A stretch of 50,683 nucleotides of DNA, from NCBI GenBank assembly GCA_002385475.1, contig DGDO01000021.1, forward strand, positions 1-50,683. Reading direction: 5' to 3'. Below, one piece after another: positions 39,373 to 47,267 of this stretch. The notes beneath the pieces were generated by a model. That model saw only the letters and a list, made by a program, of their open reading frames with translations. It made no database searches and was not told the origin of the DNA. The position numbers were made by a program, and so were the translations under genes. Every line of letters begins with the position of its first letter. The stretch's first letter is position 1. The DNA comes from Candidatus Sordicultor fermentans. Its GTDB lineage: Bacteria; Atribacterota; Atribacteria; Atribacterales; Caldatribacteriaceae.

Positions 39373-41328
39373 ATGAACCACAAAGAAGCAGATATTACAA
39401 GAACCTCTCTACCCTCTTTTAGAATTTACCAGTTAGGTAGCGAAAAAGCGGTAGAGTTCGCTGCAGATGAACTTAAAAAATATCTTCAGCGCATCCTGGG
39501 TAAAGATACATCAGTAGTTCTGGAAAAAAAAGAGAATTTTAATCAGACAGTAAAGGATGTCATCTGGGTGGGAACAAGCGAAAAATTCCATTCCGACCTG
39601 GGTCTCGAAGTCCAGAACCCGGAGTTAGATGATGCCATTGCCATCGAGGTAGAAGGTGGTAGCGGTATAATCTCCGGAGTGAATCCCCGTAGCGTACTAC
39701 TGGGAGTATATCGGTTTTTAACCGAGATTGGTTGTCGATGGGTCCGACCTGGACTCGATGGAGAAATACTCCCCTCCCGGGAAAGCCCCGATTTTACAGT
39801 TCAGATAAAGGAAAGGGCCTCTCACCGCCACCGGGGAATCTGTATCGAGGGAGCAGTAAGTTTAGAAAACGTCCGCCAGATAATTGACTGGGCTCCCAAA
39901 GTGGGATTCAATGCTTACTTTATCCAGTTCCGGGAAGCTTATACTTTTTTCGAACGGTGGTATACTCATCGACATAACCCCTTCAAACAGCCTGAACCTT
40001 TCTCAGTAGAGAAAGCCCGGGAATACACCCGGGAACTGGAAGAGGAAATAAAAAAACGAGGGTTACTCTATCACGCCGTAGGGCATGGCTGGACCTGTGA
40101 GCCACTGGGTATCCCGGGCTTGAGCTGGGAGTCCGGCGATTATCATGTCCCTCCTCAATATGTGGGCTACTTAGCAGAAGTAAATGGAAAACGCGCTCTC
40201 TGGGAAGGAATTCCTCTCAACACCAACCTTTGCTATTCCCAGCCAGAAGTGAGAAAATTAATAGTAAATGAAGTTGTCGCCTACCTCCAGGAACACCCGG
40301 AGGTTGATTTCCTCCATTTGTGGCTGGCTGATGAGTCTAACAATAATTGTGAATGCGACGACTGCCAGAGGGCTCTTCCTTCTGATTTTTATCTCCAGAT
40401 TCTCAATGAGCTGGATGAAGTCCTCACCAGAGAGAAATTAAATAATAAAATAGTGTTCCTCGTGTATTTCGACCTTTTATGGCCTCCCAGAGAGACTCGC
40501 TTAAAAAACGAGGAGCGCTTCGTGATGATGTTTGCTCCCATCACCAGGACTTATCAACATCCCTACCCTGCCACTATGCCTGCTCTGCCTCTTCCGCCCT
40601 ATAATCGGAATCATTTACAGTTTCCCACAACTGTAGAGGGAAATCTCGCTTTTCTAAGAGAGTGGCAGAATATTTTTTCTGGAGATAGCTTTACTTTCGA
40701 GTATTACCTTATGTGGGAGCATTATACTGACCCGGGGTATTATAAAATCGCCCGGCTAATCAGTGAGGATATAAAAAGTTTGAAGAGCCTGGGCTTAAAT
40801 GGCCTGGTTACCTGTCAGGTGCAGAGAGCCTTTTTCCCCACTGGACTCCCCTTCTACCTTATGGGAAAGTTATTGTGGAATGACAGGCTCATCTTTGAGG
40901 AGGTGGCAGAAGACTATTTCTTGAGCGCTTTTGGTTATGAGGGTAAAAAATGCTATGAATATCTCAAAAACCTCTCCCGGCTTTTCACCCCCCTGTTTCA
41001 AGAAGAAAATCTTGAAGAAAAAGAGATATACGAATATGGAGAAAAGATTGAAAAGCTCATCAAAGAATTCCATCCGGTTATCGAAAAAAATGCCCGGGGA
41101 GACTGCATGACCAGAGCTCAATCATGGCAATATTTAGAATACCATGCCGAGCTTTGCTCTCAACTGGCTAAAATATTGATAGAAAAGCAAAAAGGAGATA
41201 AAGAAAAAGGTAGAGAGCGGTGGGAAGAGCTTAAAACATTTCTCCAGAAAGAAGAAGATCAGATGCAGCCGGTATTCGACCTTTTTGAATATATCGAGAC
41301 CATGGAGCGAAAGATATTGCCAAGATAA
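39373..41328 (+). CDS. putative glycoside hydrolase-like protein (DUF4838-like; N-terminal GH20/GH67-N-like domain plus TIM-barrel-like core)
   Basis: The N-terminal pattern (AVEFAADELKKYLQRILG...; RSVLLGVYRFLTEIGCRWVRPG) is what I associate with DUF4838/hexosaminidase-like proteins. It has no signal peptide, it is the last gene of a sugar ABC locus, and it contains a CECDDC cysteine cluster. The family assignment is from memory only. Confidence 0.5.
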   Translation: MNHKEADITRTSLPSFRIYQLGSEKAVEFAADELKKYLQRILGKDTSVVLEKKENFNQTVKDVIWVGTSEKFHSDLGLEVQNPELDDAIAIEVEGGSGIISGVNPRSVLLGVYRFLTEIGCRWVRPGLDGEILPSRESPDFTVQIKERASHRHRGICIEGAVSLENVRQIIDWAPKVGFNAYFIQFREAYTFFERWYTHRHNPFKQPEPFSVEKAREYTRELEEEIKKRGLLYHAVGHGWTCEPLGIPGLSWESGDYHVPPQYVGYLAEVNGKRALWEGIPLNTNLCYSQPEVRKLIVNEVVAYLQEHPEVDFLHLWLADESNNNCECDDCQRALPSDFYLQILNELDEVLTREKLNNKIVFLVYFDLLWPPRETRLKNEERFVMMFAPITRTYQHPYPATMPALPLPPYNRNHLQFPTTVEGNLAFLREWQNIFSGDSFTFEYYLMWEHYTDPGYYKIARLISEDIKSLKSLGLNGLVTCQVQRAFFPTGLPFYLMGKLLWNDRLIFEEVAEDYFLSAFGYEGKKCYEYLKNLSRLFTPLFQEENLEEKEIYEYGEKIEKLIKEFHPVIEKNARGDCMTRAQSWQYLEYHAELCSQLAKILIEKQKGDKEKGRERWEELKTFLQKEEDQMQPVFDLFEYIETMERKILPR

Positions 41329-41818
41329 GGTAGCAAGCTTTTTTTATAATTTCGACAGGAAGCCATATTATAGCAAACCGCAAAATCCACAGTATACTCT
41401 TTCCTCCGTGCTCTACTCATCTTTCACAATTAAGACATTGTTTCGGATAATTACACCCCGGGATGTCTTTGCGAGCACTTTGCATCAACTTTTCTTTCCA
41501 TTCGGAGAGAAATTACAACAGGTTTTGTGAGGCTACTATTTTCGCAAAGACAATACTAGATTAAGGTCAGGTTAAATGGTAAAATCCAGGTTGCAAAGTA
41601 TTGATGTAAAACGTAATATAAGTTATATAAAAAAGTAAAGGTCTAAAGATAGATACGCATTTTTTCAGCAGCTTTCTAATGGTTTTATGAGAATACTGAA
41701 ATCAAAAAGCAGATATTGAGGCACACCACCCAGAAATTTACATCCCCCGTTAGCAGTAAAATCAGGCGGACCAAAAGTCTTTAGGCTCTGGAAATAAATA
41801 AGAGCAAAAAGTTGCAGC

Positions 41819-41847
41819 TTGAGGCTTCATATAGAATTGTGTATAAA
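41819..41847 (+). promoter_or_regulatory. weak candidate promoter upstream of the methyltransferase-HerA-NurA cassette
   Basis: TTGAGG (41819-41824), a 17-nt spacer, then TATAAA (41842-41847). This is ~70 nt upstream of the ATG at 41917. Confidence 0.3.
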
Positions 41848-41916
41848 CGAAAAGATTCAGATAGTTTAAGTCATAAGCAATGCTCTTCCAAATGGAACTT
41901 TGAGGGGGGGATTAAA

Positions 41917-42744
41917 ATGAACCAAAAAAAACTAGTAATACGTTACCCTGGTGGAAAACAGAGGATTTTAAACTTTATAATGCCATTTTTGCTCTCAAGA
42001 GAAGAGATAACAGAGAGATATATAGAGCCGTTTTTTGGAAGTGGTGCAGTATTTTTTGCATTAAATCCCGCTCGTGCTTTGTTAGCAGATATTAACCCAG
42101 AACTTATTGATTTGTACCGTGGAATACGATTTGCTCCGCTGAAAGTCTGGGAAATATATGAAAGTTTCCCCGCGACTAAAAAGGCATATTACGAAATCCG
42201 AGCAATTAAGCCCGATGGAAGAGATCTAGCGTTCAAAGCAGCTAGAACTCTTTATCTAAATAGAACTTGTTTTAAAGGTATGTGGAGACACAACTCAAAA
42301 GGAGAATTTAATGTCGGGTATGGAGGACAAGGTAGACGATGGGTAATTAATCAAGAAATTTTGAAAGAGGTTGCTAGCAAATTAAAGAAAATGATTCTAA
42401 AATGTAGTGATTTTGAAGAAGTCATAAATAAGAGTATAGAAGGAGACTTCATTTTTGTTGATCCACCATACAGACCTGGAGAACGTGAAATGATTCATGC
42501 TCATTATATATACCTCAAATTCAGTTATTCAGAATATCAAAGGCTGGCAAAAGCGCTGAGAGGAGCATCAGATAGAGGAGTAAAATGGGCGATGACTATT
42601 TCCTCCCATCCTGATATTTTAGAACTGTTTTCCGGAAATTATATTGTCCCTATTCCAAAAGGCACAGGGAGAAAACCCGGAATTTTAACAAACGATTCTG
42701 GTGAAGTTTTAGTCTTAAATTATAGGAAGGAGGAACCGCTATGA
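41917..42744 (+). CDS. D12-class (Dam-like) N6-adenine DNA methyltransferase
   Basis: The start was taken at ATG 41917 (GAGGGGGGG RBS 6 nt upstream). It has RYPGGKQRIL, the AdoMet motif EPFFGSGAVF, ADINPELIDLY, LYLNRTCFKGMWRHNSKGEFNVGYG and the catalytic motif DPPY (FIFVDPPY). Confidence 0.9.
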   Translation: MNQKKLVIRYPGGKQRILNFIMPFLLSREEITERYIEPFFGSGAVFFALNPARALLADINPELIDLYRGIRFAPLKVWEIYESFPATKKAYYEIRAIKPDGRDLAFKAARTLYLNRTCFKGMWRHNSKGEFNVGYGGQGRRWVINQEILKEVASKLKKMILKCSDFEEVINKSIEGDFIFVDPPYRPGEREMIHAHYIYLKFSYSEYQRLAKALRGASDRGVKWAMTISSHPDILELFSGNYIVPIPKGTGRKPGILTNDSGEVLVLNYRKEEPL

Positions 42745-44723
42745 AAAAATTTTTTGATAAGGCTGCGATGCAAAACCATCCACTCAGAGTTTTGCAAAAA
42801 TTTCTTGAAGAAGAAAAAGCAAAAGAACAGGCAAAAAAATATAATGAAATGTGTTTTGTCGGATATGTTCTTGATATTAGTTACGATACCGTTACTATTA
42901 TTACTTCCGATCCCTTCAAAATCGCTGTAGGTGGAGTGCCCAGAAACTCACTGCTCATAATGGTGCCGTCTAACTATGATACCTTACCTCCACACTTTAC
43001 ATTGTTACGGGTTTTAGAAGCAGCACCGACACCTCTTTCAAAAGAAGTTCAGCAAACATACTTTGAATTGCAGAAAAAATCTATGCCAGAACTTGACATT
43101 TTTACTCAGAGTGAGCTTCAATGGGGTGCTCTTAAGACAGCTGTCCTTGGAATGTTTTACCCTCATCCCGAAAAAATGGATACTGTGGAATTTTCAGGAG
43201 ATTTAAATAATTTTGTTAGTGCTCATAAATATCGGGTTTATTCTCCTGATGATGATTTATTGGATCTCATAATTAATTCTATGGTTTCCGACGAAGGCCG
43301 TTTTCCTATAGGCGATTTACGATTGACGGAATGTAGGCTAGCTCTGTCAGGTAAAGCTCAGCCAAAAGTTCCCGTTTATGTTTCTACGAAGGATTTTATG
43401 GGTACACGTACAGCAATGTTTGGCAAAACACGACTTGGCAAAAGTAATGTGGTCAAGCTCATTGCACAGAGTTTGATTGAGACAACAAAGGATACGAAAA
43501 GTGTTGGGCAGCTAATATTTGACATTAACGGTGAGTACGCAAATGATAATCCTCAGGATGGTAGTGTTTCCTTAAGAAGTGCATATCAAGATCGGTGCAT
43601 TGTTTACGCCCTGACAAAAAAGCCCACAACAGAATCAAAACCCTTAAAACTTAATTTTTATGAACATCCTGATCGCTCACATCGTGTATTGGCAAATCTC
43701 TTAGAGACGGAAGGACGAACATCTATTTATGTGAAGGCATTTATCGGAGCAGAAATCCCTTCTCTTGAATTATTAAATACTATTACTGACTATGGGGAAA
43801 GAAAAAGAGCGGAGCGGAGGATTTTGATGTACTGGGCTATTCTTAAGAAAGCAGGTTTTGATGTTGATGAAAATACTCTAGCAAAAAAATTAAAATTCGA
43901 CCCAAGTTATAATCAAAAATTGCGTTCTGCTATTTGGCAAGGTACCACACCACCACCTATCGATTCTTTAGACAGTCTTGTATCGGAGTTTGAAAAGATA
44001 GCAGAATTTATGAGAAATAAACCAGACGATAGTGTCTTAAAATCTTCGGGGAGTGATGAAACTTTATTTAAACCTGATGACCAAGCAATTCTCAATTTTC
44101 TCAAGCCCTCCGTTGGTGCAGGCCCAATGATGATCCAACGATTTCGCATTTACCATGATAAGGAAGCTGGCGATTTTGTCAAAGAAATAAATCGATTATT
44201 AGATGACGGACAAACGGTGATTTTGGATCTCAGTAACGCGAATCCTGAAGTAATGAAGTATTTCTCTGAAGAATTATCAGCGGCTGTTTTTATGTATCAG
44301 GTTGAGAAATTTAGCAATAATCAGTTAGGTGACCATTTTGTACAGCTATATTTTGAAGAAGCACATAATCTATTCCCATATTCTGGAGATGTTACTACAA
44401 TCTACAGCCGTTTAGCAAAAGAAGGAGCAAAATATCACATTGGAATGGTATATTCCACTCAGTCACCAACAACCATCAACAAAGATCTATTAGCACAAAC
44501 TGAGAACTTTTTTATTGTTCATCTGGCATCTCAGGACGATGTTAATATGCTTGCCAAGGTAAACATTGCCTATGAAAGTTTAAAGGATGATATTCTTCGA
44601 GCAAAAACAGTGGGATACGTAAGAATGTTGACTCGTTCACATCGTTTTGTTGTACCTGTACAAGCAAGAAAATTTGAACCACTTAATTCAGAACAAAAAG
44701 GAGAGAGCCAAAATGCCTTATAA
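42741..44723 (+). CDS. HerA-like (FtsK/HerA superfamily, DUF87-type) ATPase with N-terminal HAS-barrel-like domain
   Basis: It has a Walker A motif (GKTRLGKSN), a Walker B / HerA signature (VQLYFEEAHNLFP) and the downstream motif YSTQSPTTINKDLLAQTENFFIVHLASQDD. The N-terminal CFVGYVLDISYDTVTIITSD...VPRNSLLIMVP resembles the HAS barrel. Its ATG overlaps the methyltransferase stop (ATGA). Confidence 0.8.
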   Translation: MKKFFDKAAMQNHPLRVLQKFLEEEKAKEQAKKYNEMCFVGYVLDISYDTVTIITSDPFKIAVGGVPRNSLLIMVPSNYDTLPPHFTLLRVLEAAPTPLSKEVQQTYFELQKKSMPELDIFTQSELQWGALKTAVLGMFYPHPEKMDTVEFSGDLNNFVSAHKYRVYSPDDDLLDLIINSMVSDEGRFPIGDLRLTECRLALSGKAQPKVPVYVSTKDFMGTRTAMFGKTRLGKSNVVKLIAQSLIETTKDTKSVGQLIFDINGEYANDNPQDGSVSLRSAYQDRCIVYALTKKPTTESKPLKLNFYEHPDRSHRVLANLLETEGRTSIYVKAFIGAEIPSLELLNTITDYGERKRAERRILMYWAILKKAGFDVDENTLAKKLKFDPSYNQKLRSAIWQGTTPPPIDSLDSLVSEFEKIAEFMRNKPDDSVLKSSGSDETLFKPDDQAILNFLKPSVGAGPMMIQRFRIYHDKEAGDFVKEINRLLDDGQTVILDLSNANPEVMKYFSEELSAAVFMYQVEKFSNNQLGDHFVQLYFEEAHNLFPYSGDVTTIYSRLAKEGAKYHIGMVYSTQSPTTINKDLLAQTENFFIVHLASQDDVNMLAKVNIAYESLKDDILRAKTVGYVRMLTRSHRFVVPVQARKFEPLNSEQKGESQNAL

Positions 44724-46017
44724 ACCTGGAGAACGATTACCTGGAGAAAGAGCCAGTCGTCTGGGGCACCTTGAGGTTCTTAAAAGCGAACTTGTAAATA
44801 AATTGGTTAAAAATTTTGAAGAAGGTAACGCTAATGTAGCTATCGCAAATTTAAAGTGGGAACCTATACCCTCAGGAGGGGAATTGTTGCCAATAGTTTT
44901 TGGTATTGATGGTTCAATGCAAGTAATTGATTCTGAAACTCCACCTTATAAAAGCCTTGCATTCGTAAAAACTGCTCTCTTAAGAATTGATCAATTCGCG
45001 CTTTCTAGAATAGATAAAGACTCACCCCATCCGCTTGCATTACGTGACATACTTGCTGATTCAGCGTTATATCATGCGACAGTTTTCCCGCTAAGACACG
45101 TGTCTATCCCTGGTCAAACCACATATCATGCCATAAGAGGAATCATCTTTGAATCTTTGAGGGATAAATCATTAGATGGTGAACCGATGGAAACACTTAA
45201 ATGGCTTGCTTATGAGAAATGGAGTGGTAACCATAAACAATTGCCTCTTTTCGAATGTCCTCATTGTGAAGAAACTGTAGCTACGCTTCCATATGATGCA
45301 GAGACAGGTAAATGCCACAAATGTAATGGTGATTTATTTCTAACAGACATGCTGGGATTCCATCAGGAAATGACTACAGATTCAGCACCGAATACTATTG
45401 CAACAAATTATATGAGCATTCATGAGGTTTTATTACTATTCACGGGCATTCGATACTATTGGGAGAAAAGAAAGGAAATTCTTTCTAAATGTCTTTTTGT
45501 AAAGGATGGGCCTCTTGCAATTCGTGCTCAGTATTCAAAACTTGTAGCTCCCATCCGCCGATTTTTATCATTTGCAAGAGATCAGGGTTATCCAATCCAT
45601 ATAATTGGCCAAGAAAAATCAGGAAGATTCTTTGATCATTTGGAACTCATAGGAAAAAATGTGCCTGAAGGACATATCTTTATACCAGGCGATGAATATA
45701 TAAAAGAAGAAATCCAGCACAGACCCACCTCGGGAGCACCATATGGCAAAGACACAAATTATGGGGCAAAAGTTTTTGTTAAAATCAACAATTATCATAA
45801 AATGGTATTGAATATTCCCACAGGTGAATTCGTTGAAAATCCAACATTATCTAATTTGATTGGTGCTAGTAACATTTTTGCTACACTACCAAGTATCTTG
45901 AGCAATCGATATGAAGGAGCTCTTTTACCTGTTGAACTTGCAAATGGCATAGCTTCTCTTTCTACTTATCCCTCAGCACAAATTCTTAAAATTTTTACAG
46001 ATGCAAGGGGTATTTAG
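44713..46017 (+). CDS. NurA-domain nuclease-like protein with an inserted CxxC...CxxC zinc ribbon
   Basis: The start was taken at ATG 44713 (AAAGGAGAG RBS), overlapping the HerA-like gene by 11 nt. It has NurA-type motifs: IVFGIDGS near the N-terminus, VKDGPLA and IIGQEKSG later. CPHCEETVATLPYDAETGKCHKCNG (nt 45256-45324) is inserted between them. Confidence 0.7.
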   Translation: MPYKPGERLPGERASRLGHLEVLKSELVNKLVKNFEEGNANVAIANLKWEPIPSGGELLPIVFGIDGSMQVIDSETPPYKSLAFVKTALLRIDQFALSRIDKDSPHPLALRDILADSALYHATVFPLRHVSIPGQTTYHAIRGIIFESLRDKSLDGEPMETLKWLAYEKWSGNHKQLPLFECPHCEETVATLPYDAETGKCHKCNGDLFLTDMLGFHQEMTTDSAPNTIATNYMSIHEVLLLFTGIRYYWEKRKEILSKCLFVKDGPLAIRAQYSKLVAPIRRFLSFARDQGYPIHIIGQEKSGRFFDHLELIGKNVPEGHIFIPGDEYIKEEIQHRPTSGAPYGKDTNYGAKVFVKINNYHKMVLNIPTGEFVENPTLSNLIGASNIFATLPSILSNRYEGALLPVELANGIASLSTYPSAQILKIFTDARGI

Positions 46018-46199
46018 ACATGGAGGATATATGGTTTTTACTGGAAAACATTACTCGGCATAATAAGTGTGCCATAGTATGAAAGTTTCGCACTTTGGCT
46101 TTCGTCTAAATTCTTTGTGGTCCATTACTTCTTCACATCCGTGGAATGTTGAATGTTACATGAAATTGCAGCTTTTAAAAAAGCTGGAGGTGTTAAGAA

Positions 46200-46883
46200 A
46201 TGAATTATAAATTGAGTCCGTCCGATTTTACATTTCTATACGAGGGCTGTAAACGATGTTATTATTTAAAAGTGGTTCATAACATCTCTCAACCATCTAT
46301 TCCTCTGCCTTCTATCTTTAGCACAATCGCAGACCTCTTGAAAAACCATTACGATGACAAACACACAAAAGAATTGTACCCCGAGCTACCACCCGGCCGG
46401 GTGGTGTACAGTGAAAGATATGTAAAATCGGAACCTATCCAGCTGGCAGGCCATAATGCCACATGTTTCATTAGTGGGAGATTTGACATTGTTGTTGAGT
46501 TTGATGACAATACTTATGGCGTCATAGATTTCAAAACTGGCAATCCAAATGAGGAACATCAAACTCTTTATAGTCGTCAGCTACACGCATATGCCTATGC
46601 TCTCGAGCATCCCGCCCCGGGTTCACTGGGTTTATCTCCTGTTTCAAAAATGGGTTTATTATATTTCCATCCCTCAAAGACCAGTCAATCAACCATTGAC
46701 TGGCTTTCCTATGACGCTAAAATAAACTGGATTGAAACAAATAAGGATGAACAGGGATTTTTAGATTTCATAGAAGAAGTATTGAGTGTACTTGAATCTG
46801 ACAGGGCTCCTGACCCCTCACCAGACTGCCAGTGGTGCAACTATATCAGCAAATTAGAAAGTTACTCCAGAGTTGTAGAATGA
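46200..46883 (+). CDS. PD-(D/E)xK nuclease, Cas4/RecB-like, with four cysteines (CxxC...CxxC)
   Basis: It has N-terminal SPSDFTFLYEGCKRCYYLK, motif II (GRFDIV), motif III (GVIDFKTG, i.e. D-x-K), the QxxxY motif (YSRQLHAYAYAL) and C-terminal PDCQWCNY. GGAGGTG RBS lies upstream. Confidence 0.75.
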   Translation: MNYKLSPSDFTFLYEGCKRCYYLKVVHNISQPSIPLPSIFSTIADLLKNHYDDKHTKELYPELPPGRVVYSERYVKSEPIQLAGHNATCFISGRFDIVVEFDDNTYGVIDFKTGNPNEEHQTLYSRQLHAYAYALEHPAPGSLGLSPVSKMGLLYFHPSKTSQSTIDWLSYDAKINWIETNKDEQGFLDFIEEVLSVLESDRAPDPSPDCQWCNYISKLESYSRVVE

Positions 46884-47158
46884 AGAAAGAGAATGCCACT
46901 TAATGCAACAAGTGGGTATATGGTTCGCTACGCTCAAGGCTTCTCGCATCTACGAACTGCTATACCCACAACCATAACCCACTGGAGGCGATAAGGCGAC
47001 CTAGGTTAAGTCTAGTAATATTCTTAAAGGTTCATTCTGGCCGGGAAAATAATTAAAAGCTTGAGAGCAAGCTGTGAGGGTAGAAAACAGTAAGCTTTCT
47101 TGGCCTATTTGCTACCATAACTCCTTTTAGTATTTTCCACCCATATAAACCCCCCTCC

Positions 47159-47186
47159 TTGACAATAATAAAACAAACAGTATAAT
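47159..47186 (+). promoter_or_regulatory. consensus-like sigma70 promoter for the MarR-ABC exporter operon
   Basis: TTGACA (47159-47164), a 16-nt spacer, then TATAAT (47181-47186). Confidence 0.55.
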
Positions 47187-47205
47187 AGTATTTCGTTTGC
47201 TAGCT

Positions 47206-47242
47206 ATCAATTTGCTTGCTAACTATTAATTAGCAAATTGAT
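47206..47242 (+). promoter_or_regulatory. candidate MarR operator: perfect 11-bp inverted repeat in the leader
   Basis: ATCAATTTGCT (47206-47216) and AGCAAATTGAT (47232-47242) are perfect reverse complements separated by 15 nt. Additional TTGCTA/TAGCAA half-sites surround it (47196-47236). It lies between the -10 element and the start codon. Confidence 0.55.
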
Positions 47243-47267
47243 ATTCTTACGAAAGGAGGTTTATTGG

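Noticed and set aside
41285-41916. ORF 41285-41530 (81 aa) and the 35-codon upstream extension of the methyltransferase ORF (41812-41916).
   Set aside because: The first overlaps the end of the glycosidase-like gene and is low-complexity. The extension precedes a strong RBS plus ATG at 41917, and D12 methyltransferases begin close to the YPGGK motif.
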